Origin: an uncultured Candidatus Rokubacteria bacterium
Lineage (GTDB): Bacteria > Methylomirabilota > Methylomirabilia > Rokubacteriales > CSP1-6
Length of the DNA stretch: 64,000 nt
Reading direction: 5' to 3'
Assembly: GCA_963789955.1 (NCBI GenBank)
Contig: CAWBMV010000001.1
Coordinates: forward strand, 416,001-480,000
In this document: in pieces, positions 1 to 10,018 of the stretch
Layout of the letters: every line of letters starts with the position of its first letter
Numbering within the stretch: position 1 is the stretch's first letter
The notes under the pieces: generated by a model
What the model saw: only the letters and a program-made list of their open reading frames with translations
Database searches by the model: none
Told to the model about the DNA's origin: nothing
Made by a program: the position numbers and the translations under genes

Positions 1-506
1 TTGCCGCCGGGCGCCTCCAGCAAGACCAGGTTGTAGTTGGTGGCGCTCGTGGACGCCAACGTCGTCGTGATCTCGACTCCGACGAACCGGAAGCTGTGGG
101 CGCCAGCCTCGGTGCCGATCGCCGGCGAGGTGTTGGGGCTCACGATCTTCGGCATGAGGCTCGCCTGCGCCGGGTCCACGCGGGTGCCGGCCGCCGGCAG
201 GCTCGAGAGCGCGGAGCTCTGAACGTAGATCCAGGCGGTGCCGCTCTTCACCGGCAGGGTGAAGTTGCCGGTGTAGATGGCGCCGGCCTGGAGGATGATC
301 GTGTCGCCGGGCTGGGCCGAGTTGAGGGCTCCCTGCAGATCGCCGCCGGCGGCAACGCTGGTCTGTCGTCCCGCCGGCGCGGCGTACGTCGTGTCGAGGA
401 ACACGCGCGGGCGTTCCGGCGATTGAGCCGGAAAAGTTGGCGCCGCGCCGAAGAAGGCGAGCGCGACAACCGGAACGAGAACAAACTTCCACGATGATCG
501 GAGCAT
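1..506 (-). CDS. Secreted protein, probable right-handed parallel beta-helix family (5' part; runs off window start)
   Basis: Not in the ORF track; read manually. ATG at 506 with AAGGAAG upstream; MLRSSWKFVLVPVVALAFFGAAPTFPAQ signal peptide, then VFLDTTY...GGDLQGALNSAQPGDTIILQAGAIYTGNFTLP, typical of beta-helix N-termini. Confidence 0.7.
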   Translation of the reverse strand, partial: MLRSSWKFVLVPVVALAFFGAAPTFPAQSPERPRVFLDTTYAAPAGRQTSVAAGGDLQGALNSAQPGDTIILQAGAIYTGNFTLPVKSGTAWIYVQSSALSSLPAAGTRVDPAQASLMPKIVSPNTSPAIGTEAGAHSFRFVGVEITTTLASTSATNYNLVLLEAPGG

Positions 507-613
507 GGCGGTCTTCCTTTCGTCTGTGCGAAGACCACCAAGTCCACGAGCCGCCTACTTCATGTAAGAGCTCGGCCCGCGCAGACCAGCCGCTTCGCTG
601 CGGTCGGGCCGGG

Positions 614-629
614 TGCACGGTGAGTGCCA
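614..629 (-). promoter_or_regulatory. Sigma-54 (-24/-12) promoter candidate
   Basis: Minus strand TGGCACTCACCGTGCA has exact GG-N10-GC spacing, ~110 bp upstream of the 506 start. Confidence 0.55.
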
Positions 630-823
630 CGCAGCGATTCGGCAGAGAAATTCGAGACGTCGACGCGACAGAAAATCTGGAAATCGTGTGAGCACTTGGC
701 GATGACTCGACGCGCCGCGCGACGTCGAATAAGTACGCGCGGCCGCGGAGTCTTGTGACAACGAGTCGCGCGACGGACGGTGCCGTTGCGCATTCTGGCA
801 CTGCGCATTCGCGCGACGCGCGC

Positions 824-1174
824 CTACTCGAGCGTGACGAAGATGCAGTTCCGCAGCTTGCCGTCGATCGCCTTCGACAGATGTCCCTTGCCGTGTGTGT
901 CCTCGACCAGGATGACTTCGCCGGGGCCGATGCGCCGCGCCTCGCCGTCGCTGGCGGTGATCTGAACGCCCGCGTCAAGGTTGATGATGTACTGCCGGCG
1001 CGGTGCAGGATGCCAGTCGAGATCGTAGTCGGGCTGCACTTCACGGAAGATGATCCCGGTGGCCGGAAGCCGCTTCGAGAGCCGGCCGGCGCGGGTCGAC
1101 TCCGCGTACTCGACCTCGACGTCCCGGAAGTGCGATTCGCCGTTCTTGTCCACGTACAGGTTGTGGATCTTCAT
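824..1174 (-). CDS. Cupin-fold protein
   Basis: MKIHNLYVDKNGESHF...WHPAPRRQYII...EDTHGKGH motifs; AGGAG RBS before ATG 1174. Confidence 0.8.
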   Translation of the reverse strand: MKIHNLYVDKNGESHFRDVEVEYAESTRAGRLSKRLPATGIIFREVQPDYDLDWHPAPRRQYIINLDAGVQITASDGEARRIGPGEVILVEDTHGKGHLSKAIDGKLRNCIFVTLE

Positions 1175-1325
1175 GTGGGCTCCTCCTCTATTACGGATTA
1201 CGGGCGCGCCTCGGCCGGCGGGGCCCCAGCCCCGCGACGGCCTGCAGCGCGCACAAGGGTGGAGCCGATAATAGTGATGCGCCGGGCGGGTGGCAAGCGC
1301 GCCGAGAGCGTTTATACTCCCGAAA

Positions 1326-2234
1326 ATGGTCACGAAACCGGCGGTCGGTCTCATCGCGGTGGCCGGGCGCCGACGCGCGACGCTCGAGATGGCTCAGCGG
1401 CTCGAGCGCGAGGGCTTCACCGGCCTCTACTGTCCGAGCCCGGGCGACGGCCTGGCGCTCTGCGAAGCGCTGGCACTCTCGACGCGCGAGATCACGTTCG
1501 GCACCAGCATCGCCAACATCTATACGCGCCACGCCTTCGACTACGCGCAGACCGCCGCGGTGATCCACGAGCTGTCCGGCGGGAGATTCAAATTCGGGGT
1601 CGGCGTGAGTCATGGCCCTATCCACGAGCGCCTCGGGATCCAGCCGGGCCGGCCCCTCGACGACATCCGCAAGTTCGTGGGCGACGTGGTCGCGGCGGCG
1701 CCTCAGGTCGGGGCGTTGCCGCCGATCGTCCTCGCCACGCTCCGTCGCCGGATGGTGGAGCTGTCCGCCGAGATCGCGCGGGGCGCCGTGTGGGCTAACG
1801 GCGCGCGGTCGCACATGGCGGCGTCGCTCAGCCACCTGCCGGCGACGGTGCGGACCGACCCGGATTTCTTCATCGGCAACATGGTGCCGACCTGCATCGA
1901 CGACGACCGCGCCGCCGCGGCGGCGGTGATACGCCGCACGCTCGCCTCGTACGTGCGCCTGCCGAACTACCAGAACTACTGGATCGAGGCCGGCTACGAG
2001 GAGGAGATGCGCGCGATCCGCGCGGCGCTCGCGCGTGGCGAGACCCAGCGGGTGCCCGAGCTCATGTCCGATCGCTGGCTGCGCGACGTCACGCTCTTCG
2101 GCAGCGCGGCGGATGTTCGCGAGGGGGTCGAGGCATGGCTGGCGACCGGCGTGCGGACCTTGATCGTGGTCGCCTCCTCGACCCGCGGCGGGCAGATGGT
2201 CGCGCTCGACGAGATGATTCGCGCATTTCAGTGA
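1326..2234 (+). CDS. LLM-class (luciferase-like) flavin-dependent oxidoreductase
   Basis: FGTSIANIYTRH, ELSGGRFKFGVGVSH motifs; 302 aa. Confidence 0.85.
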   Translation: MVTKPAVGLIAVAGRRRATLEMAQRLEREGFTGLYCPSPGDGLALCEALALSTREITFGTSIANIYTRHAFDYAQTAAVIHELSGGRFKFGVGVSHGPIHERLGIQPGRPLDDIRKFVGDVVAAAPQVGALPPIVLATLRRRMVELSAEIARGAVWANGARSHMAASLSHLPATVRTDPDFFIGNMVPTCIDDDRAAAAAVIRRTLASYVRLPNYQNYWIEAGYEEEMRAIRAALARGETQRVPELMSDRWLRDVTLFGSAADVREGVEAWLATGVRTLIVVASSTRGGQMVALDEMIRAFQ

Positions 2235-2268
2235 CGTGTGACCGATTAGACGAGTACGGGAGAGGCTG

Positions 2269-3051
2269 ATGGGACAGCTCGCGGGGAAGGTCGCGCTCAT
2301 CACGGGCGCCAGCAAGGGTGTGGGGCGGGTGATGAGCCGGATGTTCGCCGGCGAAGGCGCCGCCGTGATCTGCGCGGCGCGCTCGCGCGATCTGGTCGAG
2401 GAGACGACGGCGCTGGTCAAGGCCGACGGAGGCCGGGCGATCGCAGTCGTGGGCGACGCCGCCGTCGAGGCGGACGTGCTGCGCATCGTCCAGGCCGGGG
2501 TGAAGGCCTTCGGCAAGCTCGACACACTCGTGAACAACGCGGGTGACGGCGGGCCCACCAAGCCGGTTCAGGACTATACCGCCGAGGACTGGTTCTACAC
2601 GATCAACTCGTGCCTCACGAGCTCGTACATGTGCACGCGCTTCGCCGTGCCCGAGATGTTGAAGGCGGGCGGGGGCGCGATCGTGAACATCTCGTCGATC
2701 GCCGGCCGCCGCGGGCTTGCCTATCGCATCGGCTACTGCTCGGCCAAGGCGGGACAGGTCGGGATGACGTACGGACTGGCGCTCGAGCTGGCGCCGCACA
2801 ACATCCGGGTCAACGCGATCGCGCCCGGCGCCGTCGCCGGCGATCGGATCGATCGCGTGATCGCCGGTCAGGCCCAGGTGAAAGGCGTGCCCGTCGAGGA
2901 AGAGCGGCAGCGGTTCGTCGAGCGGTCGCCGCTCCGACGGATGTCGACCGCGGAGGACATCGCGTCCTTGGCGGTGTATCTCTGCAGCGACGCCGCGAAG
3001 AATCTTTCCGGTCAGTGCATCGCGGTGACCGCCGGGGAGCCCGCAGTCTAG
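2269..3051 (+). CDS. Short-chain dehydrogenase/reductase
   Basis: TGASKGVG, NNAG and YCSAK (YxxxK) motifs. Confidence 0.92.
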   Translation: MGQLAGKVALITGASKGVGRVMSRMFAGEGAAVICAARSRDLVEETTALVKADGGRAIAVVGDAAVEADVLRIVQAGVKAFGKLDTLVNNAGDGGPTKPVQDYTAEDWFYTINSCLTSSYMCTRFAVPEMLKAGGGAIVNISSIAGRRGLAYRIGYCSAKAGQVGMTYGLALELAPHNIRVNAIAPGAVAGDRIDRVIAGQAQVKGVPVEEERQRFVERSPLRRMSTAEDIASLAVYLCSDAAKNLSGQCIAVTAGEPAV

Positions 3052-3144
3052 CGAGGCGAGGCCACTCCGGTCGGGCAAGACAGAGATGGGAAATTCGGGT
3101 ATCTTCTGACGCACCGGCTGGTCTATCGCAGGGGAGGCGCAGGC

Positions 3145-4779
3145 ATGGCACCACTGACCGGGTCCGATATTCTCGCCAGATCGCTCGTCTCGCAGGGCAT
3201 GGACACGCTCTTCTACATCATGGGCGGTCCCATGATCGAGACCGAGGCCGCTATCATCAAGCTCGGGGCGCGCGCGGTCGACACCCGCCACGAGCAAGCC
3301 GCGAGCTTGATGGCGCACGCCTACAGCCGCATCACGCGAAAGCCCGGCGTGTGCATGGGCGCCTCGGGACCGGGCGCGACCAACCTCGTCACCGGCGTCG
3401 CCAACGCGTTCGTCGATGCCGCGCCGATGATCGCGGTGGGCGGATCGAGCCCGCGCGTCTTTCTCGAGATGGAGGCGTTCCAGGAGATCGACCAGCTCGC
3501 GGTCTTCAAGCCGATCACGAAATGGGCGACGCGGATCTACGATGCCAAGCGCATTCCCGAGCTGGTCGCCACGGCCTATCGCCAGGCGACGACCGGCAAG
3601 CCGGGCCCGGTGTACATCGACATGCCCGGTGACGTCCTCGGTGAGACGGTCGACGAATCGACGATCACGTATCCGAAGCCCTGGGCGCCGGCGCCACGCT
3701 CCCACGGCGATCCGAGCGCGATCACCGAGGCGATCGCACTGCTCGCGAAGGCGGAGCGTCCGCTGATCCTGGGCGGCAGCGGCGTGTGGTGGTCGGACGC
3801 CGCCGCGGCGTTCCAGGCCTTCGTGGAGGCCACGGGCATTCCGTTCTACACGACGCCGATCTCGCGCGGCACGGTGCCGGAGGATCACGAGCTCGCGTTC
3901 TTGAACGCGCGCGCGAAAGCGTTCAGCGAGGTGGACGTGCTCCTGGCCGTCGGCACCCGCTTCAACTTCGTGATCCAGTTCGGCCGTCCGCCGCGGTTTG
4001 CCGCCGACGCGAAGGTCATCCACGTCGACGTGAACCCGACCGAGCTCAATCACAATCGCCCGGCCGACGTGCCGATCGCCGGCGACGCGCGCGCCGTGCT
4101 CGAGCAGCTCACCCGGGAGGCGCGCGGCAAGATCGACAAGAACCGCTATGCGCGCTGGGTGTCGAAGCTCAAGGTCCTCGATACCGAGAAGGCGTCGGAG
4201 ATGGACAAGCAGATGAGCTCGGAGGACACCCCGATCCATCCGCTGCGTCTCTGCAAAGAGGTGCGCGACTTCGTGAAGCGCGACGCGATTCTGGTGGTCG
4301 ACGGCCAGGAGATATTGAACTACGGGCGCCAGTCGATCCCGACCTACGTGCCCGGCCATCGGCTGAACTCCGGCGCATTCGGGTGCATGGGCGTCGGGCT
4401 GCCGTTCGGCGTCGGCGCAAAGGTCGCGAAGCCCAACACCCAGGTGGTCGTGCTCCACGGCGACGGCTCGTTCGGCATCAACGCGATGGAGATCGACACG
4501 GCCGTCCGCCACAAGATTCCGGTCCTGTGCGTGATCAGCAACAACGGGGGCTGGACCGCGGACCCGAAGCAGGACAAGCCGGGTCGTAACCTCGGCTACT
4601 CGCGCTACGACAAGATGGCGCAGGACTTCGGCGCGCACGGTGAGTACGTCGAGAAGCCGCACGAGATCCGGCCCGCGCTCGAGCGGGCGGCGGCTTCCGG
4701 GAAGCCCGCCGTCGTCAATGTCATCACCGACTACAAGGCTCGGGCGTCGACGATTCGCTTCTCGGCGTACTCGACCTAA
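3145..4779 (+). CDS. Thiamine-diphosphate enzyme, oxalyl-CoA decarboxylase / 2-hydroxyacyl-CoA lyase-like
   Basis: RHEQAA catalytic Glu motif, FQEIDQ, GDGSFG...NNGG TPP-binding motif; adjacent to a class III CoA-transferase. Confidence 0.85.
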   Translation: MAPLTGSDILARSLVSQGMDTLFYIMGGPMIETEAAIIKLGARAVDTRHEQAASLMAHAYSRITRKPGVCMGASGPGATNLVTGVANAFVDAAPMIAVGGSSPRVFLEMEAFQEIDQLAVFKPITKWATRIYDAKRIPELVATAYRQATTGKPGPVYIDMPGDVLGETVDESTITYPKPWAPAPRSHGDPSAITEAIALLAKAERPLILGGSGVWWSDAAAAFQAFVEATGIPFYTTPISRGTVPEDHELAFLNARAKAFSEVDVLLAVGTRFNFVIQFGRPPRFAADAKVIHVDVNPTELNHNRPADVPIAGDARAVLEQLTREARGKIDKNRYARWVSKLKVLDTEKASEMDKQMSSEDTPIHPLRLCKEVRDFVKRDAILVVDGQEILNYGRQSIPTYVPGHRLNSGAFGCMGVGLPFGVGAKVAKPNTQVVVLHGDGSFGINAMEIDTAVRHKIPVLCVISNNGGWTADPKQDKPGRNLGYSRYDKMAQDFGAHGEYVEKPHEIRPALERAAASGKPAVVNVITDYKARASTIRFSAYST

Positions 4780-4783
4780 TAGA

Positions 4784-4930
4784 ATGGGGGGCCTCGACGG
4801 GCCCCCCAAGCCCCCCGCGCTCGGAGGCGGCCCGGCGTAGCCGGACCGCCCCTCGATGGGGCGTGGCGTGATGGGGCCTCGACGGGCCCCCTCGACGGGG
4901 CTAGTCGTGATCGGGGCCTGGAGGGGCCCT
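4784..4930. repeat. Cluster of GC-rich REP-like palindromes
   Basis: GGGGCC-TCGACG-GGCCCC hairpin at 4784-4808 and 4871-4890, degenerate third copy at ~4910-4930, plus GGCGGCCCGG-CGTAG-CCGGACCGCC hairpin at 4826-4850. Confidence 0.7.
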
Positions 4931-4966
4931 TCGGTTCGTACGGTAGGCTAACTGGGAGGATCGCTC

Positions 4967-6163
4967 ATGGCGAAGGCGCTTGAGGGGATCGTGGTGCTGG
5001 ACCTTACCCAGTACGAGGCAGGGCCGAGCTGCGCACAGATGCTCGGCTGGCTGGGCGCCGACGTCATCAAGATCGAGCCGCCGGGGGGTGAGCCGGGGCG
5101 ACGCATGGTGTCCGAGAACACCGAGCTCGACGCCTGGTTCTTCCTGATGCTCAATGGCAACAAGAAGGGCCTCACGCTCGATCTCAAGGCTCCCGAGGGA
5201 CGCGCCATCCTCAAGAAAATGGTCGAGCGCGCCGACGTCCTCATCGAGAATTTCGGTCCCGGGTCGTTCGAGCGCCTGGGCTTCGGCTGGGAAGACCTGC
5301 GGCGCATGAACCCCAGAATCATCTCGGCATCGGTCAAGGGTTTCAGCCCGACCGGCCCGTACGCGAACTACAAAAGCTTCGAGATGATCGCGCAGGCCAT
5401 GGGCGGCGCGATGAGCGTCACGGGCACGGCCGACGGGCCGCCCACGAAGGTTGAAGCCGGACTCGGCGACACGGGCGCCGGGCTCCATCTGGCCATCGGA
5501 ATTCTCGCCGCGATCGTTCAGCGCCAGACCACCGGCGTGGGCCAGCGCATCGAGGTCGCGCAGCAGGATGCGGTCCTGAACCTGGTTCGCATTCACCTGC
5601 GCGAGCACTACTCGCTCGGGAAGCCGGTCCCGCGGCGCGGCAATCGCTCGCCCGGCGGCGCGCCGTCGAATCTGTATCGCTGCCGGCCGTTCGGGCCGAA
5701 CGACTACGTCTTCATTCACTGCGCGACACTCGAGATGTGGAAGTCCTTCTCGAAGATTCTCGGACGCCCGGAGCTCGGGGACGATCCGACGCTCGCGGAC
5801 CGGATGGGTCGCGTCGCGCGCAACGATGAGCTCGACGCGCTCGTCGAGGCGTGGACCGAGAAGCGGACCAAGCACGAGGTGATGGAGACTCTGGGTGCCG
5901 CGCAGATCCCTTGTGGCGCTGTGCTCGACTCGAGCGAGGTGATGACGGATCCCTCGCTGGTGAAGAGCGGCATGGTGGTCGACCTCGAGCATCCGATGCG
6001 TGGCCGCTATCCGATGCCCGGCAACCCCGTGCGCATGTCGGATTCGCCGACGGAGGTCACGCGCGCGCCGTTGCTCGGCGAGCACAACGCCGAAGTGCTT
6101 GGCCGCTGGCTCGGCATGAGTGTCGAGGAGCTGACGGCGCTGCAGAAGAAGAAGGTGATCTAG
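4967..6163 (+). CDS. Class III CoA-transferase (CaiB/BaiF; formyl-CoA transferase-like)
   Basis: LDLTQYEAGPSCAQMLGWLGADVIKIEPP, NKKGLTLDLK, ENFGPG, catalytic Asp region GDTGAGLH, APLLGEHN. Confidence 0.9.
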   Translation: MAKALEGIVVLDLTQYEAGPSCAQMLGWLGADVIKIEPPGGEPGRRMVSENTELDAWFFLMLNGNKKGLTLDLKAPEGRAILKKMVERADVLIENFGPGSFERLGFGWEDLRRMNPRIISASVKGFSPTGPYANYKSFEMIAQAMGGAMSVTGTADGPPTKVEAGLGDTGAGLHLAIGILAAIVQRQTTGVGQRIEVAQQDAVLNLVRIHLREHYSLGKPVPRRGNRSPGGAPSNLYRCRPFGPNDYVFIHCATLEMWKSFSKILGRPELGDDPTLADRMGRVARNDELDALVEAWTEKRTKHEVMETLGAAQIPCGAVLDSSEVMTDPSLVKSGMVVDLEHPMRGRYPMPGNPVRMSDSPTEVTRAPLLGEHNAEVLGRWLGMSVEELTALQKKKVI

Positions 6164-6323
6164 CGCGCGGCGATTCGCGCTAACACCGCGATTCGGCGCA
6201 TTTTATCCGGAAAGCAGCCCGGGCCGGATTGGCAGTGCAGGCTGTCACAGAGCCCGCCGCCAGGCGCAGAATGCGCCTTGTGTAAAGCGCTGAGAACAAT
6301 CATCATTGGGCATTCGAGCCCCG

Positions 6324-6339
6324 TGGCATTTTGATTGCT
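6324..6339 (+). promoter_or_regulatory. Sigma-54 promoter candidate with upstream palindrome
   Basis: TGGCATTTTGATTGCT is near consensus; perfect palindrome AGGCGCA-GAA-TGCGCCT at 6262-6278 may be an activator site. Confidence 0.7.
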
Positions 6340-6360
6340 CCCTATTGGAGATCGTTGCCC

Positions 6361-6810
6361 ATGTCTGGCATAGCGAAGCGCCCCGACAAACCGTTCGAGA
6401 GACCCACGAAACGTGTCCTCATCATCGACGATGAGGAAACGATCCGGCAGGTACTGACCGAGTTCTTCAACAGCTTCAGTCACGGCATGACGTACAAGAT
6501 CGACACGGCCTCGAACGGCGCGGAAGGCGTCATGATGATGCTGCGGGGTCGTCCCGATCTCGTGCTCATCGACCTGCACATGCCGGTGATGGACGGGCTC
6601 CAGGCACTCAAGCAGCTTCGCGGGCTCGACTCGAACATGCCCATCATGGTGATCACCGCGAGCCGCGACACGAAGGCCGCCGCCGAAGCGCTGAACCAGG
6701 GAGTCTTCGCGTTCATCCCCAAGCCCTTCGACTTCGGCCAGCTCGAGCATCTGGTGGCGCTGGCGCTCAACGCCGGCCGCCCACGACCGCCGTCGCTGAG
6801 CCACGCCTGA
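6361..6810 (+). CDS. Single-domain response regulator (REC)
   Basis: VLIIDDE, DLVLIDLHMPVMDG, ITA, KPF motifs; GGAG RBS. Confidence 0.9.
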   Translation: MSGIAKRPDKPFERPTKRVLIIDDEETIRQVLTEFFNSFSHGMTYKIDTASNGAEGVMMMLRGRPDLVLIDLHMPVMDGLQALKQLRGLDSNMPIMVITASRDTKAAAEALNQGVFAFIPKPFDFGQLEHLVALALNAGRPRPPSLSHA

Positions 6811-6828
6811 TCGGCCCCTCAGACAACG

Positions 6829-6860
6829 AATGGCCGGGGAAGAGCCCCGGCCATTGTTTT
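6829..6860. terminator. Intrinsic terminator, possibly bidirectional
   Basis: 11-bp stem AATGGCCGGGG/CCCCGGCCATT followed by GTTTT, between convergent genes. Confidence 0.7.
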
Positions 6861-6882
6861 GCCTGCGGATCGCGACCGCGCG

Positions 6883-8082
6883 CTACCTGATCAAGCCGTA
6901 GAGCCTGCCGGCGTTCTCACACACGACCTTGCGGCGAACGTCCGCCGGGAGGTGGCCGAGCTCGCGGGCGATGTACTCGCGCGAATCAGGCCAGACCCCG
7001 TCGGGATGGGGGAAATCCGAGCCCCACATGACCTTGTCCGCGCCGAGCTCGTCGAGGAGCTTCACGCCGATCGGATCGGTCTGGTAGGTCGCCCAGCACT
7101 GACGCTTCCAGTACTCGCTGGGCGGCATCGTGAGCGAGAGGTCCTTGAACTGATCCTCCCACTCGGCGTCCATGCGCCAGAGCACGTACGGGATCCAGCC
7201 GATTCCGGATTCGCCGAGCACGAGCTTCATGCGCGGATAGCGCTCGAACACGCCCGAGAAGATCATCGAGGTGAGGATGTTGGACATGTTCATCTGGAAC
7301 TGGGTGATGTTCGAGGCGAACGCCGACCGCGCGACCGGCAGATCCACCTTCGGTGCATCGGCGGCGTTGGCGCGCGACGGATCCGACCCGATCGCGATGA
7401 TCTTGCGGATGTTGTCCGGCGTGTAGCCGCCGACCGTGTGGAAATGGAGCGGGAGCCCGCAGCCGTCGATCACGTCCCAGAGCGGGTTCCAGTAGGGATC
7501 CCAGAGCGGCTTGAGGTCCGCCGAGTTGGCGATGTCCAGCCCGCGAAGCGCGCCGCGCTTCACGACGCGCTCGACCTCGGCGATGGCCGCCTCGAGCGGG
7601 TGATTCGGGATGGACGCGAGTCCGATGTAGCGCTCCGGGTGCACCGAGCAGAAGTCGGCGAGCCACTCGTTGTAGACGCGGAGGACTTCGACCGCCGCCT
7701 CCGGATCGTTCATGCGCCCGGTCGTGCCGAGGACTCCGTACAGCACCTCGGCCTGGACGCCGTCGCGGTCCTGGTCCTTCAGGCGCAGGTCGGGATCGGC
7801 GATCCGGCGGATCCCGCGCTTGCCGTCCTCGTAGAGTCCGGTCGACGCCATCCGATCGGAGCGATGGATGCGTCCGGGAATGTACTCGCGGCCCGCGGAG
7901 CCCATGCCGCACGCCATGCCCAGGCTGGCGCCCTTGCTGGTGATCCAGACCGGGCCTTTCGGCCCGTCCGTCGTGTGCGGCATCCTATCTTTCAGACCCG
8001 CGGCCGCCCTGGACGTGAAGAGATCGGGGGGAAGCCAGCAGAGATCGAGATGGCAGTCGGCGGAGATCATTTCGTATTTCAT
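6883..8082 (-). CDS. Amidohydrolase family protein (Amidohydro_2)
   Basis: ISADCH, LHFH, ESGIGW, WGSDFPHPD motifs. Confidence 0.9.
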   Translation of the reverse strand: MKYEMISADCHLDLCWLPPDLFTSRAAAGLKDRMPHTTDGPKGPVWITSKGASLGMACGMGSAGREYIPGRIHRSDRMASTGLYEDGKRGIRRIADPDLRLKDQDRDGVQAEVLYGVLGTTGRMNDPEAAVEVLRVYNEWLADFCSVHPERYIGLASIPNHPLEAAIAEVERVVKRGALRGLDIANSADLKPLWDPYWNPLWDVIDGCGLPLHFHTVGGYTPDNIRKIIAIGSDPSRANAADAPKVDLPVARSAFASNITQFQMNMSNILTSMIFSGVFERYPRMKLVLGESGIGWIPYVLWRMDAEWEDQFKDLSLTMPPSEYWKRQCWATYQTDPIGVKLLDELGADKVMWGSDFPHPDGVWPDSREYIARELGHLPADVRRKVVCENAGRLYGLIR

Positions 8083-8176
8083 GGCCGGGAGCGTAGCAGC
8101 AGCGAATTGACAAGGCAAGTCGCGGGGCCTAGGGTCAGCGAGCGTCTCAGGCGCTATCGACAAGGAGGGGAATCAC

Positions 8177-8941
8177 ATGAGATTCAAGGGACGGACCGCG
8201 CTGATCACCGCCGTGGGCCGAGGCATCGGCCGGGCGACCGCCGAGATCATCGCTCGGGAGGGCGGGACGGTCGTCGGCGTCGAGGTCGACAAGGAGAGCC
8301 TGGATCAGGTGGTCAGCGGCATTCGAGCCGAGGGTGGCGCCGCCCACGGTCTCGTCGCCGACGCGCTCGACGCCTCGCAGGTCGCCGGCACCGTGAAGAA
8401 GATCGTCGACGAGCACGGACGCATCGACATTCTGGTGAACGCGGTCGGCGGGAGCACCATCATCCCGAAGCCGGCCGCCCATGTGGACGAGCTCACGCTC
8501 GACGAGTGGCAGCGCATGCTCCACTTCAACCTCACCGGGACGTTTCTCTTCTGCAACGCGGTCGCGCCGGTGATGAAGCGGCAGCGCGGCGGCAAGATCG
8601 TCAACATCTCGTCGATCGCGGGACGAGGCCTGAGCCCGTCGAGCAGCAGCGCCTACGCGACCGCCAAGGGCGGAATCATCGCGTTCACCCGCAAGCTTTC
8701 CTTCGAGCTCGGGCCGTTCGGCGTGACCGTGAACGCGATCGCGCCGAGCCTCACCCTGAGCCCTCGGCTGCGCCCGCGCTGGGACCGGATGTCGGCGGAA
8801 GATCGGGCCCGCGAGGAAGCGCGGGTGCCGCTCGGGCGGGTCGCGCTGCCCGAGGATCAGGCGCGCGTGATCTGCTTTCTCGCGTCGAGCGACGCCGACT
8901 TCGTCACCGGCGTGACGATCGACGTGAACGGAGGTCAGTAG
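8177..8941 (+). CDS. Short-chain dehydrogenase/reductase
   Basis: TAVGRGIG, YATAK, DVNGG motifs; AAGGAGG RBS. Confidence 0.92.
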   Translation: MRFKGRTALITAVGRGIGRATAEIIAREGGTVVGVEVDKESLDQVVSGIRAEGGAAHGLVADALDASQVAGTVKKIVDEHGRIDILVNAVGGSTIIPKPAAHVDELTLDEWQRMLHFNLTGTFLFCNAVAPVMKRQRGGKIVNISSIAGRGLSPSSSSAYATAKGGIIAFTRKLSFELGPFGVTVNAIAPSLTLSPRLRPRWDRMSAEDRAREEARVPLGRVALPEDQARVICFLASSDADFVTGVTIDVNGGQ

Positions 8942-9852
8942 CCGAGGGCCTGCTGGGCGATCTCGACGTCGACCAGATCCTCGAAGCGGTGGGTCCGCTT
9001 GATGAAGCCGCCGTCCAGCAGGATCGTCTGGAGGGTGTCGAAGCCCGACCGCGTCAGGACCGGATCGCGCGCCCAGGCGGACTGGCGCAGATAACGCTCG
9101 ACGGCGGCGACGCGGAAGCCGGGGTCGATGTCGGCGAACGCGGGCGCGATCACCGCGGCGATCTCGCGGGCGTCGCTGGCCGCCATCCAGCGCTGCGCTC
9201 TGGAGAATCCGCGCACGAAGCGCACGAGCCGCTCGCGATCGCGCGTGAGCGTCGCCCGTGACGCCATGAGGGAGCTGAAGGGCACCGGCCCGGTCGCGTC
9301 GCCCATCGCGGCGACGAGGTGCCCGGTGCCGTCCGCGAGGAGCTGATCCACGATCGGCGGACCGTGCTCGATGAACTCTCCCTTGCGAGCGCGGAACGCG
9401 GCGACGGCGTCGGCGTTCGAGAGACCGCGCAGAAACGTGATGCGCGCGGGATCGACGCCGTGGCGCCGCAGAACCGTCTGCATGCAGAGCCACGGCGTGG
9501 GCGCGCCGCCGAACGAGATCACGGTGCTCCCGACCAGATCCGACCACGCAAAGCGGGGTCGCGGCTCGCGGCTCAACAGAAAGAATCCGTTCCGGTCGTT
9601 GACCCCGGCGAAGTGCACCAGCGGCGGTTCACCGCGATCGGCCTGATCGAAGCTCCGCATGAGACCGGACAGCGCGACGTCGGCTTCGCCCCGTTGCATG
9701 ATGCCGACCGTGCCCGCGCCGAATTCCGCCGTCACCACCTCGACGTCGAGCCCTTCGGCGGCGAGGTGGCCGCCGTGGACGGCCACGGCGAGCGGCGCGT
9801 AGAAGATCGAGCGGAACGTTTCGGCGACTCGGATCCGGCTGGAAGGGCTCAC
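8935..9852 (-). CDS. ABC-type substrate-binding protein, NMT1/THI5-like (no signal peptide or permease seen)
   Basis: FRSIFYAPL...EGLDVEV, RNGFFLLSR, GPVPFSS motifs; start inferred at GTG 9852. Confidence 0.75.
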   Translation of the reverse strand: MSPSSRIRVAETFRSIFYAPLAVAVHGGHLAAEGLDVEVVTAEFGAGTVGIMQRGEADVALSGLMRSFDQADRGEPPLVHFAGVNDRNGFFLLSREPRPRFAWSDLVGSTVISFGGAPTPWLCMQTVLRRHGVDPARITFLRGLSNADAVAAFRARKGEFIEHGPPIVDQLLADGTGHLVAAMGDATGPVPFSSLMASRATLTRDRERLVRFVRGFSRAQRWMAASDAREIAAVIAPAFADIDPGFRVAAVERYLRQSAWARDPVLTRSGFDTLQTILLDGGFIKRTHRFEDLVDVEIAQQALGY

Positions 9853-9990
9853 GGCGACGGAGTATACCGCCGCAGTGCGGGACCGCGCCGTCGCTTTCGA
9901 GGATGATTTCTGGCCGTCCTCTGGGCCGTTTCTTTCCATTCCCTGGGTGACAACGCCTCCTATCACGCTGATTTTACGTACCAGGATCCG

Positions 9991-10006
9991 TGGCACCCCC
10001 CTCGCA
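9991..10006 (+). promoter_or_regulatory. Sigma-54 promoter candidate
   Basis: TGGCACCCCCCTCGCA with exact GG-N10-GC spacing just upstream of ATG 10019. Confidence 0.5.
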
Positions 10007-10018
10007 TCCGAAAATGGA

